This document shows positions 31,891 to 40,397 of a DNA stretch of 64,000 nucleotides, piece after piece. Under the pieces are notes generated by a model. That model worked only from the letters and a program-made list of their open reading frames with translations, was not told the DNA's origin and searched no databases. Position 1 is the first letter of the stretch. The number at the start of each line of letters is the position of its first letter. The stretch is from an uncultured Phycisphaerales bacterium (GTDB taxonomy: Bacteria > Planctomycetota > Phycisphaerae > Sedimentisphaerales > Anaerobacaceae): contig CAVYYI010000001.1 of assembly GCA_963772725.1 (NCBI GenBank), positions 1,088,001 to 1,152,000 on the forward strand. The letters run 5' to 3'. Both the position numbers and the translations under genes were made by a program.

Positions 31891-32976
31891 ATGATTGTTG
31901 TTGTTACGGGAATGGTTGGCGTTGACAAGAAGAGTTACCTCGAAAATGTTTGCCGGCTGGCGAGCGAGCGAGGTAAAGAGGTTCTTCTGTGCAATGTCGG
32001 CGATATGATGTACGCTGAAGCGCCGGATATACCGCCCGGCAAAATCCTCAACATACCGATGAAGCGGCTCAGCTCTCTTCGCAGAAGCGTCTTCAAGGAT
32101 ATTATCATAAAGGCCAAAAAGGCCAAGAATCTTATTGTCAATACTCACGCAACGTTCCGGTGGCGGCACGGCCTGTTCCCCGCCGTTGATTTTGACCAGA
32201 TGCGTCAGCTTGATGCGGATATTTACATTAATCTTATTGACGGGGTAGCCGTCCTGCACTCGCGGCTTTGCGATGAGCATTCTATCGAGCATAGTCTTAA
32301 GGATTTGATTGTCTGGCGGGAAGAGGAAATTATCGGGACGGAAATGATTTGCAGGGCGATTAATGACAGGACGCCATTTTACTGCCTGGCACGCGGGATT
32401 GAAAACGAAACAGTCGCGACATTTTACGGACTGGTTTTTGAACGTTCCAGAAAAAAAGCATATATTAGTTTTCCAATGACACACGTTGTTGACAGGCAGG
32501 AAATTCGCGGAGAAATCAACGGGTTTCGCCGGCTAATGAAAGAGCATTTCATCTGCTTTGACCCGGCTGACCTTGAGGAGGCGTATTTGCCGCATTATGC
32601 CCGCCAGGCAGAGCAAAAAGGTATCGACTCTGTCGAAGTAACAGCAGGCGGATATACGGTTCGGCTGGAGGTTGACCAAATACGGCAGATTGAGCGTGAT
32701 ATAAACAGCCAGACTTACGCGAGGGACTTTTTACTGATTGACCAGGCCGACATGATAATAAGTTTTATCCCTGTGCTTGCCGACGGCAGAGCCTCGGTAT
32801 CCAGCGGTGTTGAGAGGGAATTGCAGCACGCCCACGAGGCCGCCAAGGAAGTTTATGTTATCTGGCCCTCTAAACAGAGACCTTCGGTTTTTGTTACACA
32901 AACCGCGACAAAAATGTTTGCCTGTCCCACGGAGGCGATAGAGTTTTTCAAAAAGAAAAAATACATTACTGTTTAG
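31891..32976 (+). CDS. Fusion of an archaeal-adenylate-kinase-like P-loop domain and a nucleoside 2-deoxyribosyltransferase-like domain
   Basis: N-terminal VVVTGMVGVDKKS and IVNTHATF...GLFP; C-terminal AYISFPM...FDP...RD..LIDQAD...SSGVEREL. Confidence 0.6.
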   Translation: MIVVVTGMVGVDKKSYLENVCRLASERGKEVLLCNVGDMMYAEAPDIPPGKILNIPMKRLSSLRRSVFKDIIIKAKKAKNLIVNTHATFRWRHGLFPAVDFDQMRQLDADIYINLIDGVAVLHSRLCDEHSIEHSLKDLIVWREEEIIGTEMICRAINDRTPFYCLARGIENETVATFYGLVFERSRKKAYISFPMTHVVDRQEIRGEINGFRRLMKEHFICFDPADLEEAYLPHYARQAEQKGIDSVEVTAGGYTVRLEVDQIRQIERDINSQTYARDFLLIDQADMIISFIPVLADGRASVSSGVERELQHAHEAAKEVYVIWPSKQRPSVFVTQTATKMFACPTEAIEFFKKKKYITV

Positions 32977-33003
32977 CCACAGAGGACACAGAGGTCACAG
33001 AGA
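32972..33003. repeat. 9-bp tandem array overlapping the upstream stop codon
   Basis: TTTAGC-CACAGAGGA-CACAGAGGT-CACAGAGA; TAG 32974-32976 is the gene stop. Confidence 0.75.
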
Positions 33004-33019
33004 AATAAAAGGTAAAGAT

Positions 33020-33706
33020 ATGGAAACAAAAGATATACTGGGCTGTATAGACCATACGCTGTTAAAGGCGGAGACTACCAGCGCACAAGTTGAGCAGTTG
33101 TGTAATGAGGCCATCAAGTACGGATTTTATTCTGTGTGCGTGAATCCGCGATGGATGGATTTTGCCGCTGAGAGGCTTCATGGCTCGAAGATAAAACTCA
33201 ACGGCGTGGTCAGTCTGCCATTAGGCGGTGATACCACAAAAATCAAGGTCGCACAGGCAAAAGAGGTTATCTTTGCCGGCGCAGACGAGGTCGATATGGT
33301 CGCTGACATAGCAGCTATTATCGAGGGTGACGCAAAATATCTGCTCAATCAGTTGATTGAGGTATTGAAAGTTTGCCGTTCGATGAGACCGGCGGTTGTA
33401 CTGAAGGTAATAATTGAATCGGCGGCGTTAACGCTGGAGCAGAAAATTTTTGCCTGCCAGATTGCGCAGCAGGCAGGCGTCGATTTCATAAAGACAAGTA
33501 CCGGGCTTCATCCTGCCGGCGGCGCAACGGTCGAAGACGTGAAACTTATGAAAGAAACAGCTCCAAAATGCAGAATTAAAGCCGCGGGCGGAATAAGAAC
33601 AGCCAAACAGGTTATAGAAATGCTTAACGCCGGCGCGGAACGAATCGGCACATCTTCCGGTGTAAAAATCGCCGCTGAACTGATAGCCACGAATGGACAC
33701 GAATAA
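33020..33706 (+). CDS. deoC: Deoxyribose-phosphate aldolase
   Basis: IDHTLLK, GADEVDMV, LKVIIE, FIKTSTG, IKAAGGIR and RIGTSS motifs. Confidence 0.96.
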   Translation: METKDILGCIDHTLLKAETTSAQVEQLCNEAIKYGFYSVCVNPRWMDFAAERLHGSKIKLNGVVSLPLGGDTTKIKVAQAKEVIFAGADEVDMVADIAAIIEGDAKYLLNQLIEVLKVCRSMRPAVVLKVIIESAALTLEQKIFACQIAQQAGVDFIKTSTGLHPAGGATVEDVKLMKETAPKCRIKAAGGIRTAKQVIEMLNAGAERIGTSSGVKIAAELIATNGHE

Positions 33707-33710
33707 ACAC
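33684..33710. repeat. 10-bp tandem array forming the deoC 3' end (left outer bracket of the island)
   Basis: TAGC-CACGAATGGA-CACGAATAAA-CAC, encoding ...ATNGHE-stop. Confidence 0.75.
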
Positions 33711-34048
33711 TTTTTTTAGACGACATGTCAAACTTGACATTCGATTTTTCCTCATGAAAAATAGTTTTTCAAGCTTGATATGCGACAGAGCAAGTTCACA
33801 TCGAGCCAATGTAAATTTACAGCGGCCCAATGCAAATTTTAAGCATCGAAAAACTAATCTTAACCTCTTTATTTGGCGTAACTTATGTATTTTTAGCCGT
33901 TTTAAGCGTGGAAAATCCCTGTTTTTCTGTTAAGGCATATCCTTAATCTTCCGAAAGCACAGGTAAATATTTGAATTTTGGTTATTCGAGATTGTTTCGG
34001 ATTTCGTTATTCGGATTTTATAATATTTTTTAATAAGGGGGGTTAATT

Positions 34049-34661
34049 ATGTGCCAGTTGCCGAGAACCCAGCCAAATTCGGTAGCGTTAACAGAACAGA
34101 TGATTTACGGCTTTACCGAATATCCCGATACCTTTCCATCGGCGGATATTGAAAAGCTGCAGAATATGCTCGAAAAATTCAACAGCGCCAAAAAGGAATT
34201 TAACGACTGTCTGTCCCTTTACAGGCAGGCAGGAGATAAGCAAAAGCAGGCCTTCGAGGATTTAAATGTCGTCATAGCCAATCAGGTAAAATCCGCTCAG
34301 GTCGATACCGCTGATAATCCTGAAAAACTCGGCCTTATCGGCTTTGGCGAAAGGAAAGAGAACATCCGTCAATCTGCCCGCCCAGCCGGAACTTCTAAGG
34401 GCAGAATCCATAGCCGCAGGCGTAGTAAAGCTGCAATGGCAAAAGCGATTAACAAAAGACAGCGGCCCTGTTAGAAGTTTTATCATCGAATCGAGAATAA
34501 TGAAAGATACCATCGGCAACTGGCGTCTGGCGGGAATGTCCTTTGATTGCCAAACTGTCTTAAAAGACCAGCCGCAAGGCGTAAAATTGGAATATCGTGT
34601 AATCGCCGCAAATCATTCAGGAAAAAGCTGCGCAAGCAATACGCTAACAGTAATACTTTAG
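34049..34661 (+). CDS. Helical N-domain plus fibronectin type III domain protein, frameshifted near 34360
   Basis: ORF 34049..34474 switches frame at GAAAGAGAACA into ORF 34344..34661 (PAQP..L....G.VKLQW...EYRVIAANHSGKS..SN). Confidence 0.7.
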
Positions 34662-34721
34662 CCACAGAGGACACAGAGTTCGCAGAGTTTTTTCTTTGAC
34701 ATGGATTCACACGGAATTACA
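34657..34721. repeat. Two tandem-repeat arms (9-bp CACAGAG and 10-bp CACGGA units), the second interrupted by ISAs1
   Basis: TTTAGC-CACAGAGGA-CACAGAGTT-CGCAGAG; TTTGACATGGATTCA-CACGGAATTA-CA[IS]; TAG 34659-34661 is the FN3 stop. Confidence 0.7.
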
Positions 34722-35949
34722 CAGGGCAAACGCATCTAAATTTGTAGTACTTTCAGCAAATATTGCTCATCCCATCCAGCTTTGTGCTGTTTGGCTTTAA
34801 TCCCGCGTTTCAAGGTTTTTTCCTGTTTTAGCAGATTCAGGGCTATCCGACGCAACCGAGAAAAATTTTCTGCTCCGAAGTCTTTGCGAATACGGCAGTT
34901 GTCCTCGCCAAAGCTCACATCAAGACTCCAGTGCAGTTTATTTTCAACGCCCCAATGTTCTCGAATTATTTGCCCCATCGCTCTGGCGTCTTTTCCGGCA
35001 AGACTGCTTATAAAGTAACGCCTTTCAACGGTGGTTTTATCGCTCTGAACTCTTTGCGATTCAACCGCTATCAGGCTCAACAAGCCCTGCCATTGTTTAA
35101 GGTCCTGCATCCATTGGACATTCTCACTGCACCATATTTTCCGAGTCTCTACTCGGCCATGACCGCCATCGGTATCACAACTGTAATCACAACTGCCCCT
35201 ATTGGCAATAGCATCGTCCATAAACAATTTGACCTCTTCGTGCAATGTGCCATGATTACCTTTTAAACTGAAAACGTAGTCCCCGTTGCCGTCGATTATT
35301 TTTTCAGCTATCTTCTTCTGACAACCCATTGCATCTATAGTTACCACAGAACCATCTAAAACCAGCATTTCAAGCAATTTTGGGATAGCGGTGATTTCAT
35401 TGCTCTTGCCGTCCGTAACGACCTGGCCAAAGACCATTTTATTCTCGCAAGCCCATGCACTAACCATGTGAATCGCCGCCTTGCGGTTGGCTGTATCAAA
35501 CGATCTTCGCAGAGTTTTGCCGTCAATCGCTATTATTTTTTCACCCGTGTTTTTAGCAAGAGCCTGTATCCATCTCTGAAAACGCTGCTCAAAATCATCC
35601 GGCTTTATCGAAGAAACCACACGTGCAAAAGTGTCATGGGATGGTATGCCGTTGGGCAATTCCAAAAAACTCTCCAGCCACTGCTGTTTGCATTGGCCAA
35701 ACAATTCAATTTCATTCCATCCTTCCGCTCCGCAGATGACCGCACAAATTGTGATAGCCAAAATATCTTCCAATTTGTGCAATTTTGTTCGCTCAACCCG
35801 GGGATCAGGCAGGTCTGAAAAATAATCCAGCAGTGTTTTGTCCATTCTAAATTCCTGTATAGCAATAATATAAGTTTCCATACAGAAGTTATCGGGCTAT
35901 TCCAAGAACTAACCTGAATTAACAATAAAATTTAGATGCGTTTGCCCTG
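34722..35949 (-). mobile_element. Complete ISAs1-family insertion sequence
   Basis: Perfect 22-bp terminal IRs CAGGGCAAACGCATCTAAATTT (34722-34743 / 35928-35949); 10-bp target duplication CGGAATTACA (34712-34721, 35950-35959). Confidence 0.95.
34736..35845 (-). CDS. ISAs1-family DDE transposase
   Basis: DLPDPR, PSHDTF, IAIDGKTLR, KSNEITAIP, TIDAMGCQ and HWGVENKLHWSLDV motifs; alternative start at 35881. Confidence 0.95.
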   Translation of the reverse strand: MDKTLLDYFSDLPDPRVERTKLHKLEDILAITICAVICGAEGWNEIELFGQCKQQWLESFLELPNGIPSHDTFARVVSSIKPDDFEQRFQRWIQALAKNTGEKIIAIDGKTLRRSFDTANRKAAIHMVSAWACENKMVFGQVVTDGKSNEITAIPKLLEMLVLDGSVVTIDAMGCQKKIAEKIIDGNGDYVFSLKGNHGTLHEEVKLFMDDAIANRGSCDYSCDTDGGHGRVETRKIWCSENVQWMQDLKQWQGLLSLIAVESQRVQSDKTTVERRYFISSLAGKDARAMGQIIREHWGVENKLHWSLDVSFGEDNCRIRKDFGAENFSRLRRIALNLLKQEKTLKRGIKAKQHKAGWDEQYLLKVLQI

Positions 35950-35992
35950 CGGAATTACACGGTTTCCTTTAAAAGATTAAGGAATTATCTTA

Positions 35993-36610
35993 TCATTTTC
36001 GTTTTTCTTCTGTATTTAACAATTTTTCGAGTTTTTCTATTCGTACCTCTATTTGCGTTATCTCATTTTCCCTAAAATCTTTGCTGTTTTTTTGAATATC
36101 CATAATAGATGATTTAAGAGAATTTATTTCGGACACACATCGTACCAACACTTCTTTATTAGGGTTTATATTATCCAATTTTGCTTCTAAATGGGCTACC
36201 CTTTCTCGTAAATTCATTAAGTTATCGCTTATTTTTTCTGTGTTCAATTTCGAATCGTTTACAAGTGAACTTACATTTTCTACCTTCATTTTTAGTGAGA
36301 CATAAAAAGCTACAATTGTTGCTACTAATATTATAAGGCCAATGAGACTACCTATAGCTTGCCAAGGAATCTTTTTCGGCTTAGTTGAAATTCGAGTTCT
36401 TTTTTCTTTAACTCCTGTAGTTGTATGTTTTGATTCTACTGGTTCCGCTTCAAATTTCTCAAGAGGAGATGTTTGAGCTTCATCTGTTGGATTCGTAATA
36501 GGAGCTGTCCGAATCAAATCATCATAACCAGAACGCTCCTGGGTAGTTTTGACTACGTGTGAACGTCCCCCGGAGAATACTTGTTTTTTGTTTTTATGAT
36601 TCTTTCCCAA
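35993..36610 (-). CDS. Hypothetical single-TM protein with C-terminal coiled coil
   Basis: 205-aa low-GC ORF, TM WQAIGSLIGLIILVATIVAFYV. Confidence 0.7.
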   Translation of the reverse strand: MGKNHKNKKQVFSGGRSHVVKTTQERSGYDDLIRTAPITNPTDEAQTSPLEKFEAEPVESKHTTTGVKEKRTRISTKPKKIPWQAIGSLIGLIILVATIVAFYVSLKMKVENVSSLVNDSKLNTEKISDNLMNLRERVAHLEAKLDNINPNKEVLVRCVSEINSLKSSIMDIQKNSKDFRENEITQIEVRIEKLEKLLNTEEKRK

Positions 36611-37289
36611 AACCGATACCCTTCAAAATATCCTCTATCCTTGATTCCATAAGTTGTTGGCAACTTGTCAAATGGCTTTCAAATAATTTGGAATTTAAGG
36701 GCCGTTGTGGATCAAAGATTCTTTGTATATCCACCGAAATTAGCCCTATTCTAGGTTTTTCTTTTATTTCTTTATTCTCTTTCTCACCCCAAAGTTCTGC
36801 CTGTGGAGTATCATGAACGGTTAGTATAATATTAATATAATCATTCAATTCCTTATGAATCCAACTTTCTTCAATTTTTTTACGAAATGTTACACGAGCA
36901 TGTACTTCAGCCGGATGTTCTTTAGGTGTTAATTGAAACTTTAGGGTTTTTGTAATTAGATTTTCCGCGACAGGATGTTTAAACCGATCACGTTCTTCTA
37001 TAGAGCTTTCTATCGAACGTCCATATCATCCCGAAAAAAATCAAAGTTGGATTCTTAATCAAAGATAATGTTCCCATCATCAGATGACATGACTTTGTTA
37101 CGATTTCATTAATACCTTCAAGGTTCTTTGAAATACCTGTTGTTCTTTCTTGGAAAACCATTTGATCTGGTGTAACTAGAAATCGTCTATTTTCTTCATC
37201 ATTGAGAAGTTCAACACCGTTTCCTAAAGATATTTTATCATAGTATTTTTCGGGGATAGGAGAATCTTTAACACCACGCTCCCCTAATA

Positions 37290-38412
37290 TACTACTCTTG
37301 ATTGAAAAATTCCGTATTTTTCAATCAAAAAGCACCTTCTGTCCGATAAACAGCGTATATGAAGGATTATAAGTTGTCAAAAGAAAAAATAGCTGAACTG
37401 GAGGCATTGCATCGTTCGTTGCGTGATAAGCGTCAGGCCGACCGGGTCAAAGCGGTCATTGCTTTAGCAAAGGGATGGTCGGCGGCTCAGGTGGCCGAGA
37501 TACTTCTTTTCGATGAGAAGACATCACGGGGCTATTTCGAGCGGTATCGGCAAGACGGTTTCCAGGCATTGCTGGATGACAACTATCCCGGCGCAGAACC
37601 GAAACTCGATGAACATCAAATGAGCGAACTTGAGGCATATCTCGAAGATCATATTTTCCCCGATGCCAAATCGGTTATCGCTCACATTGACAAGCAGTAT
37701 GTGGTCCATTACTCCGTCAGCGGAGTCACCGATTTGCTGCATCGTCTTGGATTTTCCTACAAGAAGCCGACACATGTTCCCGGTAAACAAGACCCCATCA
37801 AGCAACAGGCATTTCTCGAGGAATATGAACAGATCAAGGCAAGCAAAAGTCAAAACGACCCAATTTATTTCGCCGATGCCACCCACCCGCAGCACAACAG
37901 CATTCCTTCTTACGGCTGGATTAAGACGGGAAAGGAAAAAGAACTCAAAGCCAACTGTGGCCGCCAGCGATTGAATATCAATGGTGCGATTAACATCGAA
38001 ACACTGGAGCCAACGACAGGGTTTTATGACACGATCAATGCGAATTCGACCATTGATTTGTTCTCTAAGATCGAAGCAAAACATCCGGAGGCCAAAAGGA
38101 TTTACATCATTGTTGACAATGCTCGATATTATCGTTCACGTTTGTTAAAAGAGTATACCGAGGGCACGAAAATCAAATTGATCTTTTTGCCGTCATACTC
38201 GCCGAATCTGAATCTGATTGAACGGTACTGGAAGTTTTTTAAGAAAAAAGTGCTGAACAATCGCTACTATGAAACGTTTGGTGAATTCAAGCGAGCATGT
38301 GAGAGCTTTTTCCGGAAGAGAAAGAAATATTTGCCGGAACTGAGAGCATTACTGACAGAAAACTTTCACATTCAAGCTGCATAAAAACAGGAAAATTCAA
38401 TCGTAAGCAGTA
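37290..38412 (+). mobile_element. IS630-family insertion sequence
   Basis: Flanked by duplicated TA (37288-89, 38413-14); imperfect IRs TACTACTCTTGATTGAA / TACTGCTTACGATTGAA. Confidence 0.88.
37359..38384 (+). CDS. IS630-family transposase
   Basis: HTH N-terminus, LGFSYKKP, YFADAT, IVDNARY and LPSYSPNLNLIERYW motifs. Confidence 0.95.
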   Translation: MKDYKLSKEKIAELEALHRSLRDKRQADRVKAVIALAKGWSAAQVAEILLFDEKTSRGYFERYRQDGFQALLDDNYPGAEPKLDEHQMSELEAYLEDHIFPDAKSVIAHIDKQYVVHYSVSGVTDLLHRLGFSYKKPTHVPGKQDPIKQQAFLEEYEQIKASKSQNDPIYFADATHPQHNSIPSYGWIKTGKEKELKANCGRQRLNINGAINIETLEPTTGFYDTINANSTIDLFSKIEAKHPEAKRIYIIVDNARYYRSRLLKEYTEGTKIKLIFLPSYSPNLNLIERYWKFFKKKVLNNRYYETFGEFKRACESFFRKRKKYLPELRALLTENFHIQAA

Positions 38413-38622
38413 TACATAATCAGCTATAGTTCCTGAGACGCTTTGAACAGTGAAGCATCGTGTATATTTACAACCTACGGCGAAAGAATAAAGATTATAT
38501 TTTGGTATTTCTAACATAGCTATCTCCTATCATATTTCAGAAAGAAATTATTGGTCATGATTTTTATTTCATCCTATCTTGCTATTTATCTTGTGACAAC
38601 AATTGTTCAGATATTTGTTTTT

Positions 38623-38700
38623 TTAATTCCCTTCCACTATTTTTATTTCTTCCGGGATTAGGTCATAAAGTTTATAAGCCATCTGAGTGACTTTTTCAAT
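38623..38700 (-). pseudogene. Remnant resembling the C-terminal tail of type IIG restriction-modification enzymes
   Basis: Reads IEKVTQMAYKLYDLIPEEIKIVEGN-stop, like the VY-x-LY-x-L-x-x-EEI-x-IVE tail; no upstream body. Confidence 0.5.
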
Positions 38701-38774
38701 CTAAAATTGAAATGTCTATCCCTTGAACCCTATTTCTATCCATATTTATTAACCTCATTATAATTTATTAACAA

Positions 38775-39809
38775 CTACAAATAACTTGTGTAAAATGTCT
38801 CTGTCTGATATTCTGGTGATTCCAAAAGTCTTAACGAATCTCTATATCGTTTATATAATGGTGTTTGAGGATATCGAAATTCTACTTTCATTTGATAATC
38901 ACAACCATCACCACTTGATGTAACATCTGCAATCATTCTGCCATATGCTTCATCAGGGTCTACGGCTAATAGACTGTGGGTGGGACAACACGAGAGTAAA
39001 TGGAGTTGGATTCTTTGTGCAACATCCTTTCGCAGACGCATTGTGCGACCCCATTCTTTGAAAAGATCGATGAAGTCTTGTATCTTTTTGGGTATTTGAT
39101 CACCATAAGGATAAATTATCTTGAGATTATCTATGGGAGCTTTGCTAATATCTGGTACATATAAATCCACAGTTCCTTCACAATGTTTTCTAGCCCATTT
39201 GGCAATAGGACTTCCGACATCTGCCCCAAAAAGGTTTGCGTAGAAGAAACCGACAGCAACTATATGTTTCTTGGCGGAACTTACGAATTGATGTTGGTCA
39301 CATCCTTCAATACCATTAGACCTTTGTCGGCGATGATTCATATCGTCATATGAGTGAAACACATCATAAACCCCAATTCGTTGCAGTGATCTATAATTAA
39401 TGAAGAAACGTGCAATATCCTCCGTAGCTCTTATCTGTGATTCTAAGTCATTAGGTGGGAATGAATAGTCGACATATAAGCGTTTTCCGATTTCTTGAGG
39501 CACCTCAAATTCTTTTACTTTTATATAAATTACTTGTATATGGCGACCACTTCTACTCGCATCTTTAGCACATTCTTGTTCCCACTTGACCCATTTAGCA
39601 TGTAGTGATTCAGCACTCATGATTACAAGTATAATATCGCATTGATTACCGATAGCCAGATTAATTGATTTTTCAATATCCAAACCAGGGTTTATTTCGT
39701 ATCTGTCTTTCCAAGGATGTGGTAGCCCCATATTATTTAAAGTCTTTTCGACACGATATACCTCCTTCTCATCTGAATGGGTATAAGAAATAAATACTCT
39801 TGGTTTCAT
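38775..39809 (-). CDS. TIR-domain protein with uncharacterised C-terminal domain
   Basis: RVFISYTHSD, W-x-D..I-x-PG, WVKWE (catalytic Glu position); low GC. Confidence 0.85.
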   Translation of the reverse strand: MKPRVFISYTHSDEKEVYRVEKTLNNMGLPHPWKDRYEINPGLDIEKSINLAIGNQCDIILVIMSAESLHAKWVKWEQECAKDASRSGRHIQVIYIKVKEFEVPQEIGKRLYVDYSFPPNDLESQIRATEDIARFFINYRSLQRIGVYDVFHSYDDMNHRRQRSNGIEGCDQHQFVSSAKKHIVAVGFFYANLFGADVGSPIAKWARKHCEGTVDLYVPDISKAPIDNLKIIYPYGDQIPKKIQDFIDLFKEWGRTMRLRKDVAQRIQLHLLSCCPTHSLLAVDPDEAYGRMIADVTSSGDGCDYQMKVEFRYPQTPLYKRYRDSLRLLESPEYQTETFYTSYL

Positions 39810-40096
39810 TTTTTATCCTTTCGAGAAATTAACCTGTTTTGCCTTGACACAGTCGGAAAGGAGGTTACAGAAATTAATGAGATTGAGCTCTGAATGACTA
39901 CTCAATCCCGCCCGACGGTGTATCGCCTAACCGGCCGTTCATAATCTGGTTATATTATATAGAACTTTTATATGGGGACAAGGAAAAACCTTAAAAAAAG
40001 ATATAAGGGCAAAGGAGCTTATGACTTATATCTTAAATCTAAATCAGTATAATTCCGTCAAAAAAAGCCTCCGCGGCGCTTGAGCGGAATAAAAAT

Positions 40097-40387
40097 AATC
40101 AGTGTTATTCGGTGTTAATCAGTGTCGAAACAATTTTCGATTTTGGATTTTCGATTTCCGATTGAAAAAATCTGTGAAAATCTGCGTTAATCTGTGGTTA
40201 ATATTAGTTTTGAGTTAAAAATCAGCGGTATCAGACTTCGACGAGCTCCGTTCGAGTCGTGAAATCTGCGATTAAATTTTGGATTTTCGATTTAAACGGC
40301 AACCACACAATACGCACTGCGCACAACGCAATACGAATTAATCTGTGTCTGATTTTTTTGTGTCTTTTTGTGTTCATTCGTGGTTAA
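40097..40387. repeat. Stack of reverse-oriented tandem-repeat arms (right brackets of the island)
   Basis: AATCAGTGTT-ATTCGGTGTT-AATCAGTGTCGAAA; TTTTCGA/TTTTGGA 7-mers; AATCTGTGAA-AATCTGCGTT-AATCTGTGGTTAA; ACGCA 7-mers; GTGTCTTTTTGTGTTCATTCGTGGTTAA. Confidence 0.8.
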
Positions 40388-40397
40388 ATAAAATTCT

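Larger units (their letters stand above)
36594..38517 (-). pseudogene. Hypothetical gene (about 265 aa) interrupted by IS630 and carrying one frameshift near 37010
   Basis: Removing the IS and one TA joins MLEIPK...ADYV to LGERGVKDSPIPEKYY... in frame; a +1 shift then joins ORF 36594..36848; AGGAGA RBS at the start. Confidence 0.7.

Noticed and set aside
39841..39931. Integron attC site (GTTAGGC on the minus strand) or a fluoride / c-di-GMP riboswitch
   Set aside because: No matching RYYYAAC partner in the right position, no integron integrase or repeated attC, and the riboswitch consensus motifs are not fully present
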